This document shows, in pieces, positions 63,850 to 64,000 of a stretch of DNA of 64,000 nucleotides (position 1 is its first letter; every line of letters starts with the position of its first letter). Source of the stretch: Tubiluchus corallicola. Lineage: Eukaryota > Animalia > Priapulida. The stretch covers positions 143,376-207,375 of the forward strand of contig JAQGDQ010000409.1 of NCBI GenBank assembly GCA_030141605.1, given 5' to 3'. The position numbers and the translations under genes are program-made. Under the pieces are notes generated by a model that was not told the DNA's origin, did no database searches, and saw only the letters and a list, made by a program, of their open reading frames with translations.

Positions 63850-64000
63850 ACTGCCGTTTAGAAATTTTCAGGTGCGGTGGTAGCCGCCATTCACCTGAAT
63901 ATTGTGACGTAACTGGGAGTTTTCGTGACTTTTCGTAAGTGCATCGTGGCTTTCCGTGAGCGCCCACTGCTTAAACTAATTCAAACTTACGCTCTTTCGC
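63850..64000 (+). mobile_element. Kolobok-like family C fragment running off the window
   Basis: gccgccattcac.tgaa.attgtgacgtaactgg...cttaaactaattcaaa. Confidence 0.6.

Overview
AT-rich metazoan (probably marine invertebrate) genomic DNA with two recognisable protein-coding genes on the + strand. One is mitochondrial ribosomal protein S12 (main exon 15680-16047). The other is a single-coding-exon giant-like PAR-type bZIP transcription factor (40929-41966), with probable non-coding 5' exons and a promoter near 36.4-36.7 kb. Most of the rest is repeats: three families of TTAA-flanked Kolobok-like non-autonomous DNA transposons, hAT-like MITEs with 8-bp TSDs, another TIR MITE family, 3' fragments of CR1/L2/RTE-like LINEs, microsatellites and minisatellites. 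The most notable signals are (i) three fold-back (tail-out palindromic) Penelope-like remnants of about 1.0, 0.47 and 0.2 kb carrying minimal hammerhead ribozyme motifs, plus a fourth hammerhead of a different family; (ii) PAR-bZIP D-box, E-box and RORE motifs around the giant-like gene, suggesting autoregulation or clock control; (iii) a chimeric Kolobok element and Kolobok stacking at shared TTAA sites; (iv) a duplicated hairpin with a compensatory base-pair change. All calls were made by eye; no database searches were run, and repeat boundaries without TIR/TSD support are approximate.
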